Source of the DNA: an uncultured delta proteobacterium
GTDB taxonomy: Bacteria; Desulfobacterota; Zymogenia; Zymogenales; Zymogenaceae
Direction: 5' to 3'
DNA: 64,000 nt
Assembly (NCBI GenBank): GCA_963735595.1
Contig: CAVTLK010000002.1
Coordinates: 288,001 to 352,000, forward strand
The number at the start of each line of letters is the position of its first letter. Positions within the stretch are counted from its first letter, which is position 1. A program made the position numbers and the translations under genes. Shown one piece after another: positions 56,661-64,000 of the stretch. The notes beneath the pieces are model-generated. The model saw nothing but the letters and a program-made list of their open reading frames with translations, was not told the origin of the DNA and ran no database searches.

Positions 56661-57284
56661 TTATCTCTTCAACCGGGATAAATCAGCCCTGGCGAGGTTG
56701 AAATCCCTTGTCATCTCATCGAGTTGTTCCATCTCTTCAGAGATACGCTCCATATCGGCCAGTACGACCTCGTGGTCGCCTTTCTCATACGCCGCCTTCA
56801 TGGACCGGACCCGCTCACGGCACCTGTTGCCCGTAATACGCACCACTCCAATAACCTCACCGAAATCGGAGACGACGTCGTTGATAAACCGTCCCAGTCT
56901 CCCGATTTCATCGTTCACATAGACCGGGATCGGATTCCCGAAATCACCCTGTGCCATATTCGCCGTAACGGCAAACATACGCCGGAGGGGTATGGTAATC
57001 TTTTTAACGAACAGAATCAGTACAACGCCCGTTACGAAGGACTGGATCGCGATCAGGAAAATCACCTTTCTCTTTATCTGATCGATGGGGGCCGTAGCCG
57101 GGCCGCTACCCATTTGCGCCTGATACTGACCCTGGGAACCGGGTCCCAAACCCCGATTCGGCTCCTGAGCGTTGATGTCAATGAGAAACTCAAATCCGAG
57201 CACTAACGAGGAAAAGACGATGATACAGACGTATATCATCATCCTCCTGGTCAGCGTGACGGTTCTTGTATTCGTTGGTTTCAT
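56661..57284 (-). CDS. 2-TM HAMP protein with no signalling domain (tip-less chemoreceptor-like)
   Basis: TM1, short loop, TM2, HAMP ITIPLRRM...GDF...PVYVNDEIGRLGRFIND, then about 60 aa of coiled coil and a stop. Confidence 0.82.
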   Translation of the reverse strand: MKPTNTRTVTLTRRMMIYVCIIVFSSLVLGFEFLIDINAQEPNRGLGPGSQGQYQAQMGSGPATAPIDQIKRKVIFLIAIQSFVTGVVLILFVKKITIPLRRMFAVTANMAQGDFGNPIPVYVNDEIGRLGRFINDVVSDFGEVIGVVRITGNRCRERVRSMKAAYEKGDHEVVLADMERISEEMEQLDEMTRDFNLARADLSRLKR

Positions 57285-57286
57285 CG

Positions 57287-58099
57287 TTATATAAATATAC
57301 CCAACACGACGTTTCTATTGTCCCAGATCATCTTGATGCCGGTCAGAAAGACGAAGAGCGAAAAGAACGTCTTCAAAAGAGATCCCTTGGCGAGCCTGTT
57401 GATGATCGGACCCAGCTGGCCTCCGATCAAGACGCCGCCCATCGTGAAGATCGCAACCTCCCACCGGATCTGGCCCTCCCAGATATTGATGGATGTTGCC
57501 ACCCATCCGGCCAGCCCTTCCACGACCACGGTCGTGGCAATAGCCCGATGGACGTTCATCTTGTATACCCGCTCCAGGAGGGGAAACGAGGTCTCGGCGG
57601 TACCGATGGAGGAAAGACCGCTCGAAATACCCCCGATGAACGGAACCCACGCGAAGGGGTAGATTTCCTCAGTCAAAAAACCTTCGCGGTCTCCGTATCG
57701 TTTTTCCGCCATAGATGCGAAAGTCCAGACGGCGCAACACGTTACGACGAGTCCGAAAAAGATCTTAAGGATCGCCTCATCGAGCACCATCACCAGGTGC
57801 AGGCCGATAACGACGCCGGGTATGGTCAGCAGTACCATCGGGAACGCCATGGAAAACTCGATCTGCCTTTGCCTGGTGTACGCGACCATGCCTGACGTCA
57901 TGCCGCAGAGCTCCGTGACCATGCCGGTCCCTATCGCCTCCGGCACGCTCATCTTGAGTGCGTAGACGAAAATGGGGAAAAAGATAATGGCGCCCCCGAA
58001 CCCGCTGCTGGTGGCCATCGATGCCGCCAGGATAGCCACCGGAAACATAAACCAGTAGTGAGTCGTCGCAGACCAGATGTAGTGACCAACGGCTTCCAT
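57287..58099 (-). CDS. TSUP family (TauE/SafE) membrane transporter
   Basis: 270 aa, about 8 TM; SGFGGAIIFFP, AIGTG, SSIGTAE, AIATTV, GVLIGGQLGP. Confidence 0.88.
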   Translation of the reverse strand: MEAVGHYIWSATTHYWFMFPVAILAASMATSSGFGGAIIFFPIFVYALKMSVPEAIGTGMVTELCGMTSGMVAYTRQRQIEFSMAFPMVLLTIPGVVIGLHLVMVLDEAILKIFFGLVVTCCAVWTFASMAEKRYGDREGFLTEEIYPFAWVPFIGGISSGLSSIGTAETSFPLLERVYKMNVHRAIATTVVVEGLAGWVATSINIWEGQIRWEVAIFTMGGVLIGGQLGPIINRLAKGSLLKTFFSLFVFLTGIKMIWDNRNVVLGIFI

Positions 58100-58112
58100 G
58101 TGATCCTTCCCT

Positions 58113-58841
58113 TTACACTTTCGTTAGATCGACCTGATAGAACTTGAATGATTCCACCAGGGACTTCAGCTCGCCGATATTGGAGTAAAGTGTGTTCAAC
58201 TCCCGTCGAATATCTTCGGTAATTTCCTTTTCCTTAAGGACCTCAACGCTGTTATAGACGCTGTCGACCGACCGGACGGCCGAATTATTGATCTTACCCA
58301 CCATGAGCAGTACTTCCTGAAAATCGGCGGTTATATCGTTAATGATAGAGCCAAGCTGGCCGATCTCGTCCTTCGTGTAGACCGGCATCGTCGTGGAGAG
58401 GTTTCCCCGTGATATCTCCCGGGCGGCGTGTACCATTTCGTCCAGCGGCCCGGCCACCTCCTTGATGAAGAACCAGAGCGCCACGCCGACGCAAAAGATG
58501 GTGATGGCCAGGATAATGAGCATCCGTTTCTGGAGATGGTAGAGGGGGGCGAAAACCTGCTCGTAATCAAGGTCTTCTACGGACCCCTCGATATTCTGGG
58601 CCCGGGCCTCGGCGACGAAATTGCCCTGCATCTTGTTGGTAAGCCTGGCTTCCCCGATCTCCCAGATCAATTCAAGGCTCATGGAGATCGAGACAGCCAC
58701 GATCAACAGAAAATAGATGAGCAGCTTTTTCTTCAGGTTGGTGAAGACCGCGCGTTTTCTCCGCAGCAAAAGGCTGCTTCTGCGTTCTGTTTTTCTCCGA
58801 TCAGTTCCATCCCAATCGGGACTCCCGTTTTTATACGTCAT
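58113..58841 (-). CDS. 2-TM HAMP protein with no signalling domain (tip-less chemoreceptor-like)
   Basis: TM1, about 45-aa loop, TM2, HAMP AGPLDEM...GNL...PVYTKDEIGQLGSIIND, then coiled coil ending LKSLVESFKF. Confidence 0.82.
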   Translation of the reverse strand: MTYKNGSPDWDGTDRRKTERRSSLLLRRKRAVFTNLKKKLLIYFLLIVAVSISMSLELIWEIGEARLTNKMQGNFVAEARAQNIEGSVEDLDYEQVFAPLYHLQKRMLIILAITIFCVGVALWFFIKEVAGPLDEMVHAAREISRGNLSTTMPVYTKDEIGQLGSIINDITADFQEVLLMVGKINNSAVRSVDSVYNSVEVLKEKEITEDIRRELNTLYSNIGELKSLVESFKFYQVDLTKV

Positions 58842-58922
58842 TTGCTCTATCCATGTCCGTCGGTAGTGTTATATTTTGCCCGGTAAAGGGCGCGGCCCCT
58901 TTTGTGGAGAGCGCCCCAGCCA

Positions 58923-59297
58923 TTAATCTTCCAGAATTTTAACGATCCGCTCCCTGAGCTCTTCCGGTTTGAATGGCTTGAGGATGACCGCCTTGATCCC
59001 CATCTTGAGGGCCGCTTCTTCAAGGAAGTGCTTTTCTTCCTCCTGCCGCAACGTCAGGAGTACCAGCCTGGCCGTCGGGTCTTCCTTCAGGATCTGTTCT
59101 GCCGCAGCAAAACCGTCGGTGTTTCTCATGGTGACGTCCAGGGTTACCAGATCGGGCTTGAGCTCGCGAAATAGCGCGACCGCCTCGTCGCCATCCTTTG
59201 CCTCTCCGATCACCTTCAGTTCACCGCCGTCCAACGCTTCCTTGATCCGGTTCCTCATGAACGACGAATCATCCACCACCAATAACCTCTTAGCCAT
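58923..59297 (-). CDS. cheY: Single-domain response regulator, CheY-like
   Basis: LVVDDSSFMR, LVTLDVTM, ILKPF; 124 aa. Confidence 0.88.
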   Translation of the reverse strand: MAKRLLVVDDSSFMRNRIKEALDGGELKVIGEAKDGDEAVALFRELKPDLVTLDVTMRNTDGFAAAEQILKEDPTARLVLLTLRQEEEKHFLEEAALKMGIKAVILKPFKPEELRERIVKILED

Positions 59298-59469
59298 AGT
59301 GCACTCCTCACTCTCGGTAACGTGTGGGTTGTCGACAACGCCACACCCGGTGTCGGCCGGCCCCGTCCCTCTGACGCGCCGCCTCGTTTTGCGAGGCGAC
59401 GCTCGTCGGTATCCGTTACGTTAACACGTATCTCAAACACGAGAACGGGACAAGCCCGGTCCGGACGTC

Positions 59470-61845
59470 TTACTGCCCGGCTGCCTTGATCGCTTCTTCC
59501 TTCTCTATTTCCTCGGTGGTGCGGTATTTGAACTGCTGCATCAAGCCGACGTTGGCGCCCGATGATTCCACGATGTTCCGCTGGAATTCGGACACCTGTG
59601 ATGCCTGTGCGGCAACGCGCTCCGCGTTCCTGGATTCGTCTGCGACCGACTTGTTGACGGTATCGGCGATACTAACGACCGACTCGATGTTCTTTTCCAC
59701 GGTCGTAGTGGCGCGTCCCGACTCGCCGGTCATCTCCACGATTTCCTGCGCAAGAGACGCCAGGTCGTCCATCGACCTGAGGACTTCTTCGATACTCCTC
59801 AGCTGCTGGGCCATGGCGTCGGCAACGATCTGGTTGATCTTGACGGCCTCGTTACCACCATCCACACCGATCTGCAGGAACTCGGCAGCCTGCTTGGCAA
59901 GTCCGGAGTTTGTCCTGGTAACTTCGCGGTTGGTCTCGACGTTCTTCAGAATGGTGGAAAGGGTCTGGGCGATGTCGCCGGCGGCCTTTGATCCCTGCTC
60001 AACTGCCTTGTTGGCGTTCTTAATAAGATCGGAGATCTCCTTGGTTGCGTCGGCGCTGCGCTCGGCCAGCTTCCGCACCTCGTCGGCGACGACCGCAAAG
60101 CCCTTGCCGTGTTCCCCGGCACGGGCCGCCTCGATGGCGGCGTTAAGCGCCAGGAGGTTGGTCTGCTCGGCGATGTCGTTGATGACCTCGACGATCTCAA
60201 ACACCTGCTCGGTCGACTCCGTAATGGCCTTCATGCCTTCCTCGTTCAGCCGCACACCCTCCTGGCCCTTCTGCACGATACCCATGACCTCCTCGGCGCG
60301 GTCGGACGCTTTGGCCGCCTCCTGGGACACGGTGTTAGCGATATTCAGGGCGTCGTTAAGCTTCTTGACCGCCTCGACGCTGCCTATACGAACCCGCTCG
60401 GCCTCCCGGGCAACCTCGGTAAGCGACGCTGCCATCTCGTTGACCGCCGATGATGTCTGGGCCGCGTTGGTGGCCTGGGCGTTGGCGCGCTCCTGAACCT
60501 GCCGTGAGGCCTTGGCCACCTCGCCCGCCAGAGACAGCGACTCGTGAGAACTGCGCGCGGCCTCGTCGGTGACGTTCGTGATCCGCTCAAGCGATCCCCT
60601 GAGCGCGCCCATCAGGCCCGCGTTGTCTGCAGACAGCGGCGCAGCCGACTCGCTGTAGCTACGCACGAGGCCGGCGTTCCTGGCGACCCTGGCCACGATG
60701 CCTTCGAGCCTGAAGACAAACTCGTTAAATCCCCGGGCAAGCATCCCGATCTCGTCATCGCCCGCGGCGGGAAGCCGCCTGGTCAGGTCGGCGCCGGCGC
60801 CCGCCAGGGCGGTCATCTCGTTTGCGATCCTGATGATCGGCTGGGCAATGGCGCGGGCAAGCAGATAGCCGACGCCGGCCGCTATGAACAGGATAAGGAT
60901 GGTCATCAGGGTTGCGTAGTTCCGTGTCGCATTCAATGACGCGAGGACCTCGTCTTCACCCTGCTCAGCGACCAGGATCCAGTTGTAATCCGCAAGGTAA
61001 TCAACAACCCCGAAGACGTCGTTGCCCAGATAGTTCTTCCACCGCCCAACGGTGAGGTCTTCCCCGCCTCCCTCCTCTTTGCCGGAGATCACGTCGGGGA
61101 GGGACTTAGCTTTGAGGAAGGCGTCGCTTTTGCTCAAATCGAGCTCGAGGATGGAGCTCTCCTTGATCATGCCCTCTTTCTTCAGCTCGTCGACAAAACG
61201 TGACTCCGAAATCATCAATCCCGTACTCGCGTCGATCAGATACACCTCACCGGTCTCTCCCAGGGACATAGATTCTCTGAGGAGGTTGCTGAGGTACTTC
61301 ATGTTGACCTGCTCAACAAAGACGCCGACTGTCGTATTGCCCCTCTTAACGGCAGAGGCGAGTACGAGAATCGGGTTTTTGGTACGGTTACTGAAAACCA
61401 TTTCGTATTGTCGTTCGGCCTTTCCGCTCATTATGTCCTTGTAATATTGGCGCTCTTTGATCGTAATTGTCCCGATATACCTCGGTTCGCTGTCCGCCAC
61501 TATATAACCGCCGCCCCCCTCGCAGTAGCTGATACCTTCAAGGTAGTCGGCCCTGCTTTTAACCAATGCCCCGAAAAAGATATTTGCCAGCGCATAATCT
61601 CCTGATTCAAGCGACGACGTAAACTCGAGGTCCGTCGGAAAGTCGTTAAGATCATGTCCTCTTTCTGACATGAAAGAACGCACCAAACCGTCCGCTGAAT
61701 CAACCAAAGACGTTAGACGTTCCCGGGTAAGATTTTCCGTGTCGGACTTGATCCGGTAATATGCCAGGACCGAGATCGTCAGCGCCGGTACGAGGGCCAT
61801 AAGGACGATCGCGATGATCAGCCTGGTTCGCAGTGTAAACTTCAT
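59470..61845 (-). CDS. Methyl-accepting chemotaxis protein (dCache-like sensor, HAMP, MA domain)
   Basis: 2 TM flanking a large extracytoplasmic domain, HAMP DLTRRL...DEIG, tip [40 protein letters not shown]. Confidence 0.96.
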   Translation of the reverse strand: MKFTLRTRLIIAIVLMALVPALTISVLAYYRIKSDTENLTRERLTSLVDSADGLVRSFMSERGHDLNDFPTDLEFTSSLESGDYALANIFFGALVKSRADYLEGISYCEGGGGYIVADSEPRYIGTITIKERQYYKDIMSGKAERQYEMVFSNRTKNPILVLASAVKRGNTTVGVFVEQVNMKYLSNLLRESMSLGETGEVYLIDASTGLMISESRFVDELKKEGMIKESSILELDLSKSDAFLKAKSLPDVISGKEEGGGEDLTVGRWKNYLGNDVFGVVDYLADYNWILVAEQGEDEVLASLNATRNYATLMTILILFIAAGVGYLLARAIAQPIIRIANEMTALAGAGADLTRRLPAAGDDEIGMLARGFNEFVFRLEGIVARVARNAGLVRSYSESAAPLSADNAGLMGALRGSLERITNVTDEAARSSHESLSLAGEVAKASRQVQERANAQATNAAQTSSAVNEMAASLTEVAREAERVRIGSVEAVKKLNDALNIANTVSQEAAKASDRAEEVMGIVQKGQEGVRLNEEGMKAITESTEQVFEIVEVINDIAEQTNLLALNAAIEAARAGEHGKGFAVVADEVRKLAERSADATKEISDLIKNANKAVEQGSKAAGDIAQTLSTILKNVETNREVTRTNSGLAKQAAEFLQIGVDGGNEAVKINQIVADAMAQQLRSIEEVLRSMDDLASLAQEIVEMTGESGRATTTVEKNIESVVSIADTVNKSVADESRNAERVAAQASQVSEFQRNIVESSGANVGLMQQFKYRTTEEIEKEEAIKAAGQ

Positions 61846-61889
61846 TTGTTGCCTCCTTTATCCTTTCTTGCTTTTTCCTTGTTAATAGG

Positions 61890-62378
61890 TCACAGGGTGG
61901 AGAGCTGCCGCTGCTCGCCGGCCGTCAATATTTTCGAGAAATCCAGGAGAATAACCAGACGGTCGTCGATTCTGCTTACACCGGTGATATACTCGCCCTC
62001 CACCCCGCTCATGATCATATCCGGGGCGCCCTGCACGGACCCCGCGGGCACGGTTATGACCTTCGATACCGAATCGACCACAAAACCGGTAACCCGTTTT
62101 TCCAGCTCGATAATGATGATACGCGTTGCCTTATCGGCATCAATCGTGGGAATGTTGAGCCGTTTCCTGAGGTCGATAACCGGGACTACCTTTCCGCGCA
62201 GGTTGATGACCCCCTCGACGAACCGCGGGGTATTGGGGACTTCGGTTACCGGTGCCGGCCGTATGATCTCCTGCACCAGGAGGATATCGACTCCGAACTC
62301 TTCCTGGCCTAAGAAGAAGGTCACTATCTGGAAATCGCCGGTCGGCGTTGTCTTTGGTTTTCGCGATATTTCGGACAT
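61890..62378 (-). CDS. cheW: Chemotaxis coupling protein CheW
   Basis: FFLGQEEFGVDILLVQEI, VEGVINLRGKVVPVIDLR, GFVVDSV; SD GGAGGT. Confidence 0.95.
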   Translation of the reverse strand: MSEISRKPKTTPTGDFQIVTFFLGQEEFGVDILLVQEIIRPAPVTEVPNTPRFVEGVINLRGKVVPVIDLRKRLNIPTIDADKATRIIIIELEKRVTGFVVDSVSKVITVPAGSVQGAPDMIMSGVEGEYITGVSRIDDRLVILLDFSKILTAGEQRQLSTL

Positions 62379-62402
62379 AACTGTCACCTCCACGTATCTT
62401 CG

Positions 62403-63236
62403 CTACTGTTTCTTATATATAAAGACGTCATTGACGCGCTCCTGCATGAACCGGTCGGTATGGCGGAGGACCGATTCGGTAGAGGCGGTAAAAAGGAAAC
62501 CGCCCGGATTCAATACATCGGAAAGCCCATTCACGAGGGTGCGCGCACGATCGTTCGAAAAATACATTAAGACGTTACGGCAGAAGACGGCGTCGAACGA
62601 GAAAGCGGGTCGACGCACCCACGACCGGGTGTCGTTGAGGTTGACAGGGTAAAACTCGACTAACCGTTTAACCCGGTCATCGACCTGCCAGTATCCGCCG
62701 TCTTCGATCATATACTTCACCCGATACTCCTCCGGGAGATGACGGACCGACCAATCTTCATACCGCGCGGTCCGCGCATGGCGCAGGGACTTCGTATTGA
62801 TGTCACAGCCCACGATCTTCACTTTAAGGTCGCCGGCTTCCAGTATCTTTCCGAATCGCTCCAGAACGATCATCGCCACGGTGTAAGGCTCTTCACCGGT
62901 GGAACAGCCTGCTGAAAGTATATTGATTCTTCGGTCGAGCGCGGTCCCCGATTCAAAGAGCCGACCCAACACTTCTTCCTGGAATACGATACATTGGTCT
63001 TCCTCCCGGTAGAAGTAGGTCTCGCTGACCGCCAGCCTGTCAAGGAGCTCAACGACTTCGGTGTCGGGCGCCCGGTGCTTTACGTAAAGGAAGTAGCTGA
63101 AGGGATTCTCAATTTCGAGCTCCCTCTGACGCTCGGCGACCTTCTTCTTAAAGACCTTGGCCCTTCCGTTGAGTATTGTCACTCCCGTGACCTCCTGGAC
63201 GTAGTCCATGACCATGTCGACTCCGTCCCTATTCAC
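62403..63236 (-). CDS. cheR: Chemotaxis methyltransferase CheR
   Basis: SETYFYRE, SAGCSTGEEPYT, FCRNVLMYF, LNPGGFL. Confidence 0.95.
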   Translation of the reverse strand: MNRDGVDMVMDYVQEVTGVTILNGRAKVFKKKVAERQRELEIENPFSYFLYVKHRAPDTEVVELLDRLAVSETYFYREEDQCIVFQEEVLGRLFESGTALDRRINILSAGCSTGEEPYTVAMIVLERFGKILEAGDLKVKIVGCDINTKSLRHARTARYEDWSVRHLPEEYRVKYMIEDGGYWQVDDRVKRLVEFYPVNLNDTRSWVRRPAFSFDAVFCRNVLMYFSNDRARTLVNGLSDVLNPGGFLFTASTESVLRHTDRFMQERVNDVFIYKKQ

Positions 63237-63609
63237 CTTCTCCTCCCAACAGCATCTTCATATGCGTAACGAGCCTTTTGGGTTCAGTCGGCTTTATGAG
63301 GTATATGTTTGCCCCGGCCGACAATCCCCGCTCTCTGTGACGCGCCGCCTCTTCCTCAACGGTGATGATAATGATCGGGACCGACTGATACCCGTCAAAT
63401 GTCCTGATTTGTTTGATGAATTCATACCCATCCATAACGGGCATGAATACGTCGGTGATGATCCCGTCGTAACACCTGGAGCGGGCCAACGAAAGGCCTT
63501 CGGCGCCGTTTTCGGCGGTATCGACGGCAAATCCCTCCGTCTTGAAGATTACCCGGATCGAATCTCGAATTACCTTTGAGTCATCAACGACCAACAAGTG
63601 TGGAGACAT
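63229..63609 (-). CDS. cheY: Single-domain response regulator, CheY-like
   Basis: LLVVDDS, IITDVFMPVMDG, IIIT, YLIKP; 126 aa from ATG 63609. Confidence 0.9.
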   Translation of the reverse strand: MSPHLLVVDDSKVIRDSIRVIFKTEGFAVDTAENGAEGLSLARSRCYDGIITDVFMPVMDGYEFIKQIRTFDGYQSVPIIIITVEEEAARHRERGLSAGANIYLIKPTEPKRLVTHMKMLLGGEGE

Positions 63610-63626
63610 ATTCTCCCCGCTCCTAC

Positions 63627-64000
63627 CTATGACTTGACCATGAGCGCCCGGGCAATCTCTTGGGCCAGGAGATAATCCGGGACAATTCTGTCTGCCAATC
63701 CTTTTTGTATGACCTGTCCGGCCATTTCGGGTGAAAGGCACGTATCCGTCTGTTGAACGATGATGGTCCCGCCCACCCGCTTGAGCTCCTGGGCGCCCTC
63801 GAGCCCGTCAACACCTTCCCCCGTCAGGACCACGCCGATCGCCCTCTCACCGAACGCTTCGGCCAGGGACATCAGAAGCATGTTGAATGAATTGCGGTGC
63901 TCAAAATCAAACGGCCGATCGTTGAGCCTGATACTACTGGCGGCTCCTTCCCGAAGGACCGTCATGTAGCGGCTGTCGGAGCATAAGTAACAGACGCCGT
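63627..64000 (-). CDS. Divergent CheB-type methylesterase domain, 5' part outside window
   Basis: SLAEAFGERAIGVVLTGEGVDGLEGAQELKRVGG, frame open to the window edge. Confidence 0.85.
   Translation of the reverse strand, partial: GVCYLCSDSRYMTVLREGAASSIRLNDRPFDFEHRNSFNMLLMSLAEAFGERAIGVVLTGEGVDGLEGAQELKRVGGTIIVQQTDTCLSPEMAGQVIQKGLADRIVPDYLLAQEIARALMVKS

Noticed and set aside
49716..58841. Magnetosome island (TauE domains recall MamO; hemerythrin and che genes are common in magnetotactic bacteria)
   Set aside because: No mamA/B/E/K/M/P/Q-like, magnetochrome CxxCH or FeoB sequences are visible; the TSUPs are stand-alone.

Overview
GC-rich bacterial DNA, gene content typical of an anaerobic deltaproteobacterium-like (Desulfobacterota-like) organism; the taxonomy is an inference only. 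In order: (1) a penicillin-acylase-family gene running off the left edge; (2) a tightly coupled alpha-glucan/glycogen operon with four different GH57 enzymes, a GalT-like nucleotidyltransferase, glgA and an orphan PAS-PAS-GAF-GAF histidine kinase, then two SAM methyltransferases; (3) a TetR-linked module with a CCG Fe-S protein, two VAO/PCMH-type FAD oxidoreductases and a CrtC/AttH-like protein; (4) a minus-strand surface-polysaccharide cluster (fcl, wzm, wzt, cupin-manC fusion, manB, gmd, six glycosyltransferases); (5) a LacI-linked, uncharacterised redox sugar-catabolism cluster; (6) a hemerythrin-like gene and a minus-strand chemosensory cluster running off the right edge. The chemosensory cluster is the most unusual part. 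It embeds two copies of a [tip-less HAMP membrane protein + TauE/SafE transporter] pair, and its 1138-aa CheA carries one intact Hpt domain, three His-less Hpt-like repeats and a helix-hairpin-helix insert. Three blocks (about 7.1-16.8 kb, 33.9-38.1 kb and 42.3-44.5 kb) are full of frameshifts that look like sequencing/assembly indels rather than real pseudogenes. No rRNA, tRNA, CRISPR array or mobile element was recognised. All calls come from reading motifs by eye; no database search was run.
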